64,000 bases of DNA, taken from a virus. Taxonomy: Duplodnaviria > Heunggongvirae > Uroviricota > Caudoviricetes. The stretch is from the IMG/VR virus record IMGVR_UViG_2877982868_000014. One strand, given 5' to 3'. Each line of letters starts with the position of its first letter. The stretch's first letter is position 1. The notes beneath the pieces are model-generated. The model was not told the origin of the DNA, made no database searches, and worked only from the letters and a program-made list of their open reading frames with translations. This document shows, piece by piece, positions 7,396 to 17,731 of the stretch. The position numbers were made by a program, and so were the translations under genes.

Positions 7396-8471
7396 GTGAT
7401 TTCCCCCACAGTCAGCAACTCTGTATCTCCGGCCATCACGGACTTCAGCGGACTGCGAACTTCAAAATCCTCCAGTCCTTTCACCCCTGCAACAGCCCGC
7501 CAGAATGATGAAGGCAATACAAGTCCACCCGGCCGCGATTCGTTATAAAGCAGGTCCGTTAATGCCTGTTTTACGGCAGCCTGATTTTCCGGCGTTTTGG
7601 GTACAATCCTGATCTCAAACGCCACCGGCTTATTGGTCAGCTTAAACACGCTGATTGTCGGCCCAAGTGGCTGACCAACGGGCTGGCCCGTCGCCGGATC
7701 ATCATGACTGCGGATATAATCCGCCACCCGCTTCACATCACCTTCTCCGGGGAAAATGTCAGGGTTATTATCCTGAACAAAAGTCACACCAACACTACCC
7801 GCCTCAGGCCATTCAGGCTTACACCATGCCCGCGTCACGCCCGGTACTTCCCGTGCCCAGCGTTCAAAATCATACTGTGTTCCCCCTGATGGCGGGTTCT
7901 GTACCCGGAATACCAGCCTGGACAGCAACTCCGGCACCGTTTCCACATCCGCACCACCGGTGAGTCCCGTGCCGGTAACCGTGGCTGTCTGGTTGATGCC
8001 CGCCTGTGGCGTGATAAAGGACAGGCGGGTTCCGGTCGGGGTATTTCCGGCGCGCCCCGCACTTTCCGCCTCCACATTAACATTCAGTGTTCCGGCTTTT
8101 CCGGTCGCAGAGCCGGTGATGCGGTACACAACACCATCGCTTCGCTGAAGGAGTACGCCTTCCGTGATCCCTGCATCCGTGGTCAGCATCAGTTGTACCG
8201 GTCCGTCAGCGCGGGAAGCCGGTTTACGGATGACACCCCAGAATGCGCAGTGTTTCAGGAGTTCGGCTTCATCAGCTTCTGTCGGAATTATCTGCCGGGA
8301 GATCCAGGCCAGATGTTCATGCTCCTGTGCTGACAGACCCGCCAGTGCATACGCAATGGCATTCAGGGTGGTTTCATTCACGCCCGGCTGCGAACCGGGC
8401 AGGCGCTGGCTGATATCCTGTTGTGTCTGTGTGATCAGTTGCGCCAGTGGTAAGGGCTGATAAGGCATCAT
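7386..8471 (-). CDS. baseplate J-like protein (Mu gp47-like)
   Basis: 361 aa. Recognisable baseplate J family sequence and synteny. Confidence 0.8.
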   Translation of the reverse strand: MMPYQPLPLAQLITQTQQDISQRLPGSQPGVNETTLNAIAYALAGLSAQEHEHLAWISRQIIPTEADEAELLKHCAFWGVIRKPASRADGPVQLMLTTDAGITEGVLLQRSDGVVYRITGSATGKAGTLNVNVEAESAGRAGNTPTGTRLSFITPQAGINQTATVTGTGLTGGADVETVPELLSRLVFRVQNPPSGGTQYDFERWAREVPGVTRAWCKPEWPEAGSVGVTFVQDNNPDIFPGEGDVKRVADYIRSHDDPATGQPVGQPLGPTISVFKLTNKPVAFEIRIVPKTPENQAAVKQALTDLLYNESRPGGLVLPSSFWRAVAGVKGLEDFEVRSPLKSVMAGDTELLTVGEITWL

Positions 8472-8905
8472 TCCCCCTTCATATCAGCATAAAAAATCAT
8501 CGGATGTCTGCTTCCGTCCGGCAGGGTGATTTTCACGGAAAGCGAAAGGCGATCATGCCCCACACGCATGGCATGACATACCACGGATGTGGCAACACCG
8601 CTTTTATGCAGCCACGCCAGCGCTTCATCAGCATAGGCCTGTGCACGGCTGACCACGGAGGACAGCGTCTTTTCACGGCTTAACAGCCAGAGACGGGAGC
8701 CAATGGGGCGCTCCCGGAAACTGTCTCCCCACCATCCCCGACGGTCACGGGTGCCGTCAGGGATTTCATCGGAATCCAGCGCCCGCCTGTCCGTAAACAG
8801 TGAAATAATGACCGCAGTCAGCAGGCTGTTATCCGTCAGAAGATCTGCGCCGTTCAGTTGCAGGGAACCACAACCCTGATCCCAGACGACAGCAATATCA
8901 GCCAT
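8468..8905 (-). CDS. baseplate protein, Mu gp46-like
   Basis: Start MADIAVVWDQGCGSLQL... at 8905. The upstream part of ORF 8468-9118 overlaps gp45 and was discarded. Confidence 0.75.
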   Translation of the reverse strand: MADIAVVWDQGCGSLQLNGADLLTDNSLLTAVIISLFTDRRALDSDEIPDGTRDRRGWWGDSFRERPIGSRLWLLSREKTLSSVVSRAQAYADEALAWLHKSGVATSVVCHAMRVGHDRLSLSVKITLPDGSRHPMIFYADMKGE

Positions 8906-9512
8906 TCTCTGGTCCTCCCGTTTTGCTGCCTTCACCGTTATCGTGATGCACATGACCTGAATAGGTGATCCCGGCAATAACCGCTTCGGACATCGTGAAC
9001 GCCCCCTGTGATCTTCCGGTGCCGTCAATGGACACATTGCCTTTGACATGCAGGTTCTTATCCACTGTGATATTACCGGTAAAGTGAGCCTCCGGTGTAT
9101 CCACCTGAACACCTTCATCGGCGTAAATCTCCAGCGTCTTACAGGTCACAATGATCCGGCCGTTCTTTGTCAGACGTATACGGTGCCCCTCATGGTGATA
9201 CACGCCGGTATCTCCGGCGGTAAGTCCGGTCGGGCGACTGCGGCGGTCTTCCACCACAAGCACCACGGCCTGATCCCGTTGTCCGCCAGCACAGGCCAGA
9301 AAAACTTCCGCACCAGGCAGGGGGACGCTGATTTGCCCGTACTGCTGGGGGCGTTCAACGTCATCAAAGGTTTCACCATCCATACCGGTGATTTGCACAT
9401 TCTGGATTTTCAGCGTGTCCGTTGTGCCGGTCAGTACACCACGCCCGAACAGCAGACGAACACCCCGCATCACGGGGGCCAGAAGGCGGCTGATGACTTC
9501 GTCATTCATCAT
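8898..9512 (-). CDS. baseplate spike/assembly protein V-like (Mu gp45-like)
   Basis: 204 aa, in the position of Mu gp45. Confidence 0.75.
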   Translation of the reverse strand: MMNDEVISRLLAPVMRGVRLLFGRGVLTGTTDTLKIQNVQITGMDGETFDDVERPQQYGQISVPLPGAEVFLACAGGQRDQAVVLVVEDRRSRPTGLTAGDTGVYHHEGHRIRLTKNGRIIVTCKTLEIYADEGVQVDTPEAHFTGNITVDKNLHVKGNVSIDGTGRSQGAFTMSEAVIAGITYSGHVHHDNGEGSKTGGPENG

Positions 9513-10626
9513 TGAATTTAATCCCCTGTTTTTTCATCTGTGCCCGCACGAAGGCGTCCACGTCACCCGCATTTCCGCTTCCGCTGTTTCCCGGCTCTGC
9601 CGGAACAATAAAGCCGTCACGGGGTGCCAGAATCAGACGGGTGGTTTCGCCGTGATTTGCATCCAGCGAAAACTCCACCTGACAGACAAGAAGATCACGC
9701 TCTTCCACTCCGGTGCGGGGAGCCGTGACAGCCGTCAGCAGGTTGATATCCCACAACTGGCCGTTCTCCCGAAACCAGTGCCGCACGGTGGCTGTCAGGC
9801 GCACAGAGCGGGCAACCGCCCGGCGCATTTCCCGGACAGCCCTCTGGCGTGCACCGTCTGCATCAACAGCATGATCCGCCAGCACAATTTTCGGTCTGTA
9901 ACGGTGGATGGCACTGTCTGTCACCGTACCAACTGGTGCGGCCAGCGTTCCGGCTGTCAGTGCATCCCCGGCATGACCACCACCACGCCCGTGCCCCCGT
10001 ACACGGTATTCACTGTGGCGCAGACGGTGATCCACGTTGTGATCCAAATCCAGCAGATTTTCGCCCAGCGTCAGCGTGTCGCCACGCTGACTGCCGGCCT
10101 GAGTGAAAACCAGTTCACCGGCGGCATTACTGGTTACCAGGACGCCTCTGTGTCTCGCGGCCCGTGTCAGCGCATCTGCCACGGTTTCTGAATTTTCCAG
10201 TGTGAAGGTGGAAAAGGGCCGGGCTGCCGTTGCATCATTTACCTGCCAGCGCACCGTGACCCCGAACGGAGCACACAAATCTGAAGCAATGTGCTCCAGC
10301 GTGCGGTTCCTCCACTGGCTGCCCGGATGAATGGCTGAACAGTCCACCAGGTCACCGGTTTTATCCCGTCCGCTGAGCGTGATCTGAAAACGCGTGGCGC
10401 TGATGCGCTGCCGGACCTGATCCAGCCAGCCAGTGATCACAGGCTGACCGTCAATGCGCAATTCCAGAGACTGACCGGCACGGACGGATGACGGAAGGCG
10501 TACACCGGGCATCATTACCCCCAGTTCAAAGGAGCCCGCCAGATGTTCAAGAGAGCGACGAACACTCACCGTCAGCCAGCCGGAAAAAATCTCACCGCCC
10601 AGATACAGTTCAACCCTGCTGCTCAC
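9502..10626 (-). CDS. baseplate hub protein, Mu P (gp44) / gpD-like
   Basis: 374 aa, in the position of Mu gp44. Confidence 0.75.
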   Translation of the reverse strand: MSSRVELYLGGEIFSGWLTVSVRRSLEHLAGSFELGVMMPGVRLPSSVRAGQSLELRIDGQPVITGWLDQVRQRISATRFQITLSGRDKTGDLVDCSAIHPGSQWRNRTLEHIASDLCAPFGVTVRWQVNDATAARPFSTFTLENSETVADALTRAARHRGVLVTSNAAGELVFTQAGSQRGDTLTLGENLLDLDHNVDHRLRHSEYRVRGHGRGGGHAGDALTAGTLAAPVGTVTDSAIHRYRPKIVLADHAVDADGARQRAVREMRRAVARSVRLTATVRHWFRENGQLWDINLLTAVTAPRTGVEERDLLVCQVEFSLDANHGETTRLILAPRDGFIVPAEPGNSGSGNAGDVDAFVRAQMKKQGIKFNDE

Positions 10627-11980
10627 TAATCACCTCCACTGAATGGCCTCCGGGAATGAACAGCGGATCAACAATACCGTTACGGCGCACAAAACGTTGC
10701 CAGCCGGTACTGTTCCCGGTGGCACGGTACAGGGTCACCAGTGCAGGCTCGGTGGTACGTACAGTCACTACTGTTGCACCGGGTAGCTGAACTCCCCGTG
10801 TATTCAGATCCTCTGTCAGTGCCAGTCTGGCATCACGAAGCGTCAGCGCCGTGGCGGTATACCCCTGCCCGGACAGTGTCATCACCTGCCGTTCGAGCGC
10901 TTCGCTTAAGTCACGGTTAATGCGCTGAAGATCAACTGAACTTTCCAGCCAGACAGGCCAGGTACGGTGGGCTGCGTCACTGTCCGGCAGGGTTTCCTGA
11001 CTGAGAACCTGATCCAGCAGTTTTCCCACGGTCTGTGCCTGGGCCACCACGGCAGCACTCTGCATTACCGCCCGTATCAGACGAATATTCTTTTGTGCTG
11101 CCGGTGTCAGACCGATGAGAGTCTGCGGATTATCCTGCTCATCCAGCACGTAACGCAGGGAAGATAATGTCCTGTACAGTTGTGGCATTCCCTGAGAGAC
11201 GGCGGATGTCGTCCGGCCGATACTGCCACCGGGCCGGGTATTCAGGCCTCCTGAAGACAGTGACGGCAGCGATGGCAGGGTGATCAGGGCACTGAAAAGC
11301 CCCGCAAAAGATGAGGCCATGCGGGAAGGTGCTGTCAGTAATGCCGTGGCATTCCCTTTCAGCGCCGTGAACGTGGCAGTAAAGGCACTGATATCCTGTA
11401 CAATCCCCATGCCGGAAACGGCATTTTCCAGGGCGGACACCTTATCACTGATGGTTTCGGTCATTGCCTGGACATCGTGCATTCCGTCAGAGATCACCGT
11501 CCAGCCCGCTTCCAGGGTTTCAAAAACCTGCCCGAGCGCGGTGGTACTCTTCTGCTCCAGAATGGCGGCCGTGTCCTGTGTGACAGCAGGTGCGGTATCA
11601 TCACTTACCGGCGTGACATTAATGGTGAACTCAACCACGCCCTGTTCAGCGGCGTTATAACGACTTTCAAAGCTGTTTATCAGCACATTTAACGTGCCGT
11701 AATCCGGGTGAAGCAGCTCCCCGGCACCGGGAGCACGAAGGGCATCACGCAGACGATTTCGCTGCGTCTGAACATCATCCCCCATCACAAGTACACTGAA
11801 CGTAAATTCAGCCAGTTTAGGTCCCAGATCGTCTGCCCCACCGGTTTCCCGTAACGGATATTCCCGACGGACAATGTTTCGCCCGCCACGTTCGCGCTGC
11901 TCACGCCAGACGAGGAACGGCACACCACGGAACGCACCACGACCGTCACCAGAGGCCATAATTCCCTCCGTTCCAGACAT
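10610..11980 (-). CDS. DNA circularisation protein N (Mu gp43-like)
   Basis: 456 aa. N-terminal FRGVPFLVWREQRERGGRNIVRREYPLR is typical of Mu N. The start could instead be the ATG at 11959. Confidence 0.75.
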   Translation of the reverse strand: MSGTEGIMASGDGRGAFRGVPFLVWREQRERGGRNIVRREYPLRETGGADDLGPKLAEFTFSVLVMGDDVQTQRNRLRDALRAPGAGELLHPDYGTLNVLINSFESRYNAAEQGVVEFTINVTPVSDDTAPAVTQDTAAILEQKSTTALGQVFETLEAGWTVISDGMHDVQAMTETISDKVSALENAVSGMGIVQDISAFTATFTALKGNATALLTAPSRMASSFAGLFSALITLPSLPSLSSGGLNTRPGGSIGRTTSAVSQGMPQLYRTLSSLRYVLDEQDNPQTLIGLTPAAQKNIRLIRAVMQSAAVVAQAQTVGKLLDQVLSQETLPDSDAAHRTWPVWLESSVDLQRINRDLSEALERQVMTLSGQGYTATALTLRDARLALTEDLNTRGVQLPGATVVTVRTTEPALVTLYRATGNSTGWQRFVRRNGIVDPLFIPGGHSVEVISEQQG

Positions 11981-14021
11981 TCACATCCAGTCCGTGACCG
12001 GACGTGTCATCAATATCAATACTGCGAGCCTGCCACCCTTCCGGGGCAACCAGCTCCACACGGGCAGAGGCTTTTTGTACCGCCTGTCCACTGCTTTCAT
12101 CATCACTGCCCCGTAATTTCTGCCAGGCTTCAGTCAGCCATCCCCCCAGATAGTTACCGAGATAGCTGCCCACCGTAGAACCAATGGCAATCCCCACAGG
12201 TCCGGCTGCCGCCCCCAGCGCACCACCGGCAATACTGCCTGCAAGAGAGCCGACCGCTTCTCCCTTGTCTGTGGCACTGGCGCTGCCATCCAGCAGAACC
12301 GGGGCTGCCATCGCGCCAGCCCACAGGGCACCGCCACCCAGCCGGCCGGCCAGTCCACCGGCACTGCGGAAAAAGCCGGAGAAACGCCCCAGCCCCATGC
12401 GGCTACCGACAGACGAAAGTAACCCACCGGCGCGCCCCATCATGCGCCCCCAGAACCCTGCCCCACCAGAAGAGGGAGACGGTGGCACTGGGGACGGTGG
12501 CAGGGGAGGCGTGACCGGTCTTCCGCGCCCCGGTCCGCGTTTCCTGCGGCCCCGCCCCTGACGTCCGCCTGAGGAAGTATCGGTCGCGCCGGTGCCGGAC
12601 AGTCCTCCTGTGGGCCAGTTTGTTACAAGTACTGGCTGAACGGCTGCCGGATTTACCCCGGTAAGAAAGTTTATAAAACGTTGCCCTCGTCCCTGAGATG
12701 TGCCTGGTGGTGTTCCGGCCGGAGGAGAGCGCCGGAAAGGTGAAGTCAGGAAGGCCGCCGCTGATAATCCGTATCCCAGCAATGCAGCACCCGGACGTAT
12801 AATCCCCATTCCGACAGCCCGCGCCATTTTCAGGGCACGGGTGGCGAGATACATGTACAGCAGGTATTTCGCGGCGGTCTGTGCCCCCTGACCAATGCGA
12901 TCCAGCGCATCACCATAGCCCGCATCCCGCAGAGCCTGAAGCGTGTCGCGTACCTTTCTGATCGCCTGATAAAACCCTGTCACTGCATCACGGGCATACT
13001 CAAAGCCCTGGTTCATGGCTGATGCCGTGCTTTCCGCCAGGGAATGGTAACTGCCATCAGATTTGGCACTGTCAACCCATGAAAGAAATCCCCTGAGATT
13101 ACCCTTCAGTTTTTCAAATGGCCCACTGTCCATCACATCCCGGGCAAACTGATCCCAGACGTCACCCATCATGGCCGTCAGGCCACTCCAGGAATTCATT
13201 GCGTCCTTTTGTGCTCCCCTGGCCTGTTCCGCCAGCGTCTGAAATAACAGGCGAATACTGTCCGGCCCAAGCAGCCCTTTTTCACCAAGTTTTCTGACCA
13301 CTTTCTGGTCCACACCCAGACGATCAGCCAGCACGCGGTAGGCATTAATGCCGTAGGTGGCAAGAATATTTGCATCCGCCGCCTGAATACTGCCTCTTGC
13401 ATACATCTGTTTCAGTTGCAGGGATGCCCCCTGTGCATCGGACAGTGACCAGCCGCCCACGGCACCCTGATCCTGAAGCATGGTGACAAAATTTCGGGCC
13501 TCCCTGTCACTCATACCAAAGCCCAGACTGGACGTATATTCCTGCATGACGCCAGCCAGCCCCCAGGTGGTTTCCTTCGCATTCTGTATTGCCCACCTGC
13601 GGACATCATCAGTTTTCGCCCGATCCCCTTTGTAAAGGGAGTTCAGGCGAATCATATAGGTTTCCATCTCCGCTGCCGGGCGAATAAATCCCCGGTTAAA
13701 GCCATATACAGCAGCACCACCGGCCAGCATTCCGTAAAGATTGCTGATCCGCCCGATGGTGCCGGTAATACTGCCCTGAAGACGGTCAAAATCAGAAGTG
13801 ACATGGCGGATACTGCCCCGCACCCCGGCCAGCGTGCGCTGCATCCTGCTTCCGAGTACATCTGTTTCCTGCCCGGCACGGCGGGCCGCATTTCCCAGAC
13901 CACCCAGCCCCGCCTGGCCGGAGCGTGAGAATGCCCCCAGCTCCTGAGACCACTGGCGGGATTTGGCTGAGATATTGCCGAGCAAATCAACTATCAGAGA
14001 TGCTCTGAGATTTCGGGCCAT
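11946..14021 (-). CDS. tail tape measure protein (Mu gp42-like)
   Basis: 691 aa. Gly-rich, membrane-like C-terminal half. Located downstream of the chaperone pair. Confidence 0.85.
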   Translation of the reverse strand: MARNLRASLIVDLLGNISAKSRQWSQELGAFSRSGQAGLGGLGNAARRAGQETDVLGSRMQRTLAGVRGSIRHVTSDFDRLQGSITGTIGRISNLYGMLAGGAAVYGFNRGFIRPAAEMETYMIRLNSLYKGDRAKTDDVRRWAIQNAKETTWGLAGVMQEYTSSLGFGMSDREARNFVTMLQDQGAVGGWSLSDAQGASLQLKQMYARGSIQAADANILATYGINAYRVLADRLGVDQKVVRKLGEKGLLGPDSIRLLFQTLAEQARGAQKDAMNSWSGLTAMMGDVWDQFARDVMDSGPFEKLKGNLRGFLSWVDSAKSDGSYHSLAESTASAMNQGFEYARDAVTGFYQAIRKVRDTLQALRDAGYGDALDRIGQGAQTAAKYLLYMYLATRALKMARAVGMGIIRPGAALLGYGLSAAAFLTSPFRRSPPAGTPPGTSQGRGQRFINFLTGVNPAAVQPVLVTNWPTGGLSGTGATDTSSGGRQGRGRRKRGPGRGRPVTPPLPPSPVPPSPSSGGAGFWGRMMGRAGGLLSSVGSRMGLGRFSGFFRSAGGLAGRLGGGALWAGAMAAPVLLDGSASATDKGEAVGSLAGSIAGGALGAAAGPVGIAIGSTVGSYLGNYLGGWLTEAWQKLRGSDDESSGQAVQKASARVELVAPEGWQARSIDIDDTSGHGLDVNVWNGGNYGLW

Positions 14022-14023
14022 AC

Positions 14024-14184
14024 TTACTGCTTCGTTCTGATGATTTTTTCTGTCTGTCGGCAGTGCCGGTAAAGTTGCGACAGGGGGAGGTTAAGCGCCC
14101 ATTCCGGGCCACTTTTTGTCACCATCCCCAGGATAATTGCCGCTTCTTCAATCTGATCCCGACACTGCGCCTGATCGCCCCCGG
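14024..14184 (-). CDS. frameshift extension of the tail assembly chaperone (reached by a -2/+1 shift)
   Basis: The second ORF is open in the +1 (= -2) frame and overlaps the end of the first. The mRNA motif CGGGGGC (G5 run at 14178-14182) allows tRNA-Gly to re-pair after a -2 slip. Confidence 0.5.
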
Positions 14185-14624
14185 TCAGCTGCCAGCTTTC
14201 CGGCAAGCGCGGTATCCAGCAGGCTGACCGCTGCCATCAGGCGGGAGAGATCGCGCTCGCTTAACTGTCCAATCTGACGGGGTGACAACGGACCTTCAAT
14301 GTCTCCCACTGCGGCAATCTGACGGCGCAGCAGTGCAACACCGCGTAACGACGGAGACGCTATCAGCATCGGGCCATTGTTTGTCTCCACCACGCGCTCG
14401 GCTTCTGCTTCTGCGTCAATACTGTCTTTCGCTGTCAGTTCCCGGAACGTGACACGATATTCACGGGTCTCACCAAACGGCAGACCATCAAGCAGATCCA
14501 CATATCCCTTTGCCAGTTGCTCTGTCAGCCCGGCAGTGCGTGGATCAGCCCCCTCAAGTGCTTCCCGGATTGCCTCCATCACGGCTGCCTCGGAAACTGC
14601 CGTTTTTTTCTTACGTGTGGTCAT
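14148..14624 (-). CDS. tail assembly chaperone (Mu gp41-like)
   Basis: Positioned between the tube and tape measure genes. ATG at 14624 has an AGGA upstream; an alternative GTG at 14642 overlaps the tube stop codon. Confidence 0.7.
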   Translation of the reverse strand: MTTRKKKTAVSEAAVMEAIREALEGADPRTAGLTEQLAKGYVDLLDGLPFGETREYRVTFRELTAKDSIDAEAEAERVVETNNGPMLIASPSLRGVALLRRQIAAVGDIEGPLSPRQIGQLSERDLSRLMAAVSLLDTALAGKLAADRGRSGAVSGSD

Positions 14625-14638
14625 TTTATTTTTCCTGA

Positions 14639-15004
14639 TCACTGAACACGGGTACTGGTGGCGCTGGCGAACTTCACGGAGATCTCCCCGCCACCGTCAA
14701 GCGAGGCCGGTTCACTGCTCCAGGCCTTCGTCATCATGTGGACTTCGCCGGTATCCGCCACAAACTCGATAGTGACAGCAGTCCAGTTGTTGATTTCATC
14801 GGCGGCTGGTGAACCTTCTCCGCCTGCCGGAAATTTGCAGTCCAGCGTCGCTTCACGTGGTTTCTGGCGGTAACCATAGACTTTCGCGCCTTTCACCACT
14901 TCACGTTCAAAACCTGACGGAGAAAATGTAGCCCCCTCAAGCGTCTCGTATTCCTGACCGTTCACACGGATAGTGGCCGTGCCCTGATACTGTTTTCCGC
15001 TCAT
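14639..15004 (-). CDS. tail tube protein (Mu gp40/M-like)
   Basis: 121 aa, immediately downstream of the sheath gene. Confidence 0.8.
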   Translation of the reverse strand: MSGKQYQGTATIRVNGQEYETLEGATFSPSGFEREVVKGAKVYGYRQKPREATLDCKFPAGGEGSPAADEINNWTAVTIEFVADTGEVHMMTKAWSSEPASLDGGGEISVKFASATSTRVQ

Positions 15005-15012
15005 GCCTTACC

Positions 15013-16512
15013 TCACAAAATGAAACGGATCTGTGCTGCCAGGAAGCGGAACTGGTTAACCAGATCCGGCGTGCATAACACGTCAAGACGGTTTCGATCT
15101 GACGCATTACGCTCCACAAGCAGATTCTTTTTAAAGGTGTCCAGATTTTCGACCAGCCCGAGTTCCACCCACTCTTCACCCAGCGAAATTAACTGAAGCT
15201 TCATGATCTCCGGCGTCACGATATTCTGACCGGCACGAACGGGCGTCCCGTCATCAGCCAGTTTATGGCGCGGAAAACGTTGTGTGATAAAAGTACGCAG
15301 GGAATAACGCAGCCAGGAGAGGGTGTAGATGGTTTCCACATCCAGATAGCTGGGATCACTTTCGCCGTACACGTTCTGGCGATACATGGTCACCTGACGT
15401 TCGATCTGAACCACATCACCGGCAGCCACACTGACCGTGGCAATCCCTCCCCACAGCAGACTGTTACGCTCTTCACGCGTCAGACGATCGGCCGGGGCCG
15501 GGGCCATGCGTGACGGAAGCGCCAGCGTCTGAAGCGGACGCGCAGGATCTGCCCCCAGAGACGGCGCACAGGTGGCGCAGACCGCCGCTGCCCAGAGGTA
15601 ATCCGGTTCAGGGGCTTTGGGAATGAATGTGCAGGTCGCCAGAAAATCATTGCGTTTTGCCCCGAATGCCTGCACCTCACCAAACGTGCCGGTATGCGCC
15701 ATCCACAGCACACCGTCAGACATTTTGGCCGGTCCCCAGCGTTTCAGAAGCTCATCACTGATGATTTTCAGGTTTGCATCATCCTTATAGGGCATGACGA
15801 CATAGTTGTACTGGCGATCGCCCATACCCGCCACGCTTCGGGTGATATCCGGGTTAGTGGCTTTTGTTTTGGGATACCCAAGTTCAATGGTCAGTCCACC
15901 CGGTGTGGTTTCTCCGTCATGATAATTAACACGGATATCATGTACGGAACATTCACCGGTAAAACGGGCATTAATTCCCATACTTCCCTTGAGTCCGCTG
16001 GCGTTATCTGCTACCTGACCTGCATAAGCACTGAAGGGCGCATCAGCATCGGCATTAATAACAGAGACCAGAGCGTCAATAAGCTCCTTACCCTTCTGCC
16101 CTTTCGTGACAGCCAGCAGATAACGCCGACCGCCGATATAAATGTGCAGAACACCATCCTGAGAGGCGGTGCCAATTATATTCATGAGACATGCCTGAGC
16201 CTGACCGGTGCCGCTCCCCTGAGCAATGGCATACAGTTCAGCATCAGGATTGATGGCGATAAATTCCGCCACCATCAGGGCAATCATGGAGCCGCGCCCC
16301 CAGAATTCTGTTGCCTGAGACGCACGGGTGATCCTGACCGGAACATCCAGAACACCGGCACCGTCCACGGCATTCTCTTTCATTCTCGCCTGACCAAACA
16401 GCAGCACACACTGACGCTGTGCCGGAGTGCCGGTGACAGCCATGGAGTTATTAAACTCAACCTCAATCAGCGGTATACGGCGGTCATTACCGATCCCGTC
16501 AAAATTAATCAT
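15013..16512 (-). CDS. contractile tail sheath protein (Mu gp39/L-like)
   Basis: 499 aa, in the position of Mu gp39. Confidence 0.85.
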   Translation of the reverse strand: MINFDGIGNDRRIPLIEVEFNNSMAVTGTPAQRQCVLLFGQARMKENAVDGAGVLDVPVRITRASQATEFWGRGSMIALMVAEFIAINPDAELYAIAQGSGTGQAQACLMNIIGTASQDGVLHIYIGGRRYLLAVTKGQKGKELIDALVSVINADADAPFSAYAGQVADNASGLKGSMGINARFTGECSVHDIRVNYHDGETTPGGLTIELGYPKTKATNPDITRSVAGMGDRQYNYVVMPYKDDANLKIISDELLKRWGPAKMSDGVLWMAHTGTFGEVQAFGAKRNDFLATCTFIPKAPEPDYLWAAAVCATCAPSLGADPARPLQTLALPSRMAPAPADRLTREERNSLLWGGIATVSVAAGDVVQIERQVTMYRQNVYGESDPSYLDVETIYTLSWLRYSLRTFITQRFPRHKLADDGTPVRAGQNIVTPEIMKLQLISLGEEWVELGLVENLDTFKKNLLVERNASDRNRLDVLCTPDLVNQFRFLAAQIRFIL

Positions 16513-16754
16513 TGCGGTTTCTCCTTATCGGATGCCGGTTGGGCGACCGGTTTTTCTGTCGCAGTCGTTGCATCCGCAGATACAGCCGGAGCCTCTTCAG
16601 CGGATTTTTCAGCCTGAATGACATCGCCGTCATCAAGACGCCGACACCAGAACGGCGTAAAGGGCTTTTCCTCCCCCTCCTGTGCCAGCAGGCGCATTGT
16701 GTCGGGATCACGAATCAGGCGTCCCGGCGCGGGTTTGATAAAGATGGTTTTCAT
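16509..16754 (-). CDS. Mu gp38-like small protein (DUF2635-type)
   Basis: 81 aa, in the Mu gp38 position. Start and stop codons overlap or abut those of the neighbouring genes. Confidence 0.65.
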   Translation of the reverse strand: MKTIFIKPAPGRLIRDPDTMRLLAQEGEEKPFTPFWCRRLDDGDVIQAEKSAEEAPAVSADATTATEKPVAQPASDKEKPQ

Positions 16755-17315
16755 TTACAGTTCCTCCGGCGGTTCGACCGCCGTTGTCGTGTTCCCCGGC
16801 AAATCAATATGTGCCTCAAACGGCGGCGTACCGGGCGGCTCCACAAAGGTTTCGTAATGACGCAGGAAGTCGTCCAGCGAGCTGATATCGGTCAGCGGTG
16901 CGATCATTTCCTCGCAGGAGAAATAAAGCGCATACATCACCGCACCACTGTCCGCCTGGGTTTCGGTGTAACCGTTGACCGCCTTTTCAAAGTAAAGCGG
17001 TGAGGTTTTTTCTGTTCTGAAGCCGTTAAGCACGGCAATCAGCCGGGCCACAATCTGATACAGTCCGGGACGGCTGGCCTCACGCCCGTTGAGCATGTCG
17101 CCGATGACGTAGAACACCCAGTGACTGACCAGGCGACCACGGGTACGGCCTTCACCGGCACCCAGCCAGGCAACGTAGATCGCCGGGGCGTTAATCAGCA
17201 TGCTGCGCAGTACGCCGTCGCTCCAGTCGCCGGGATGCGTGTCAACAGACACAAGTTCATTCCCGAAATACTCACGGATACGGGCGATGTATGCCTGTTC
17301 GGTTTCCGTAATCAT
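16755..17315 (-). CDS. Mu gp37-like head-tail/tail terminator protein (DUF1834-type)
   Basis: 186 aa, in the Mu gp37 position. Confidence 0.7.
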   Translation of the reverse strand: MITETEQAYIARIREYFGNELVSVDTHPGDWSDGVLRSMLINAPAIYVAWLGAGEGRTRGRLVSHWVFYVIGDMLNGREASRPGLYQIVARLIAVLNGFRTEKTSPLYFEKAVNGYTETQADSGAVMYALYFSCEEMIAPLTDISSLDDFLRHYETFVEPPGTPPFEAHIDLPGNTTTAVEPPEEL

Positions 17316-17731
17316 ATGAAGCCCTTCTGGTTGCGCCCGAATACCGCTGCATCAGACTGAACCTGTGGTAAATCCCCGGATTCAGGGGCCGCACCGTTCG
17401 TATCCACACCGACCGGCACATTGCCGTTCATGACATCTTTCAGCCAGGCCAGCGCTTCACGGTAACGGTCACGCGCCTGATCGGAGGCTCGCTGATCGCA
17501 CAGGTAATAAAAGGCAATCGCGCAACAGTGCTGAACAAGAACGGCCGGAATAACCTCCAGCGGCAACGTGTAACGGGCGGACAGATAGCTGTCGATAAGG
17601 GCTGACGCATCTGTCAGCGCCCGGTTCAGCTTGCGCGTGTCCGGCTCATCCGAACGGGGCACAGCCAGTAACGGCCTGAGCAAATCCTCGCGGTAACGCG
17701 CCCGCATATCGGTTTCAGTGGCGTAATTCAT
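17312..17731 (-). CDS. Mu gp36-like head-tail adaptor (DUF1320-type)
   Basis: 139 aa, in the Mu gp36 position. Confidence 0.7.
   Translation of the reverse strand: MNYATETDMRARYREDLLRPLLAVPRSDEPDTRKLNRALTDASALIDSYLSARYTLPLEVIPAVLVQHCCAIAFYYLCDQRASDQARDRYREALAWLKDVMNGNVPVGVDTNGAAPESGDLPQVQSDAAVFGRNQKGFI

Noticed and set aside
9388-10191. 267-aa plus-strand ORF
   Set aside because: It is antisense to the Mu gp44-like baseplate gene, and I recognised no protein family in it.
15694-16617. 307-aa plus-strand ORF
   Set aside because: It is antisense to a clearly recognisable tail sheath gene. The sequence is low in complexity and has no start signals, so it is a shadow ORF in GC-rich DNA.
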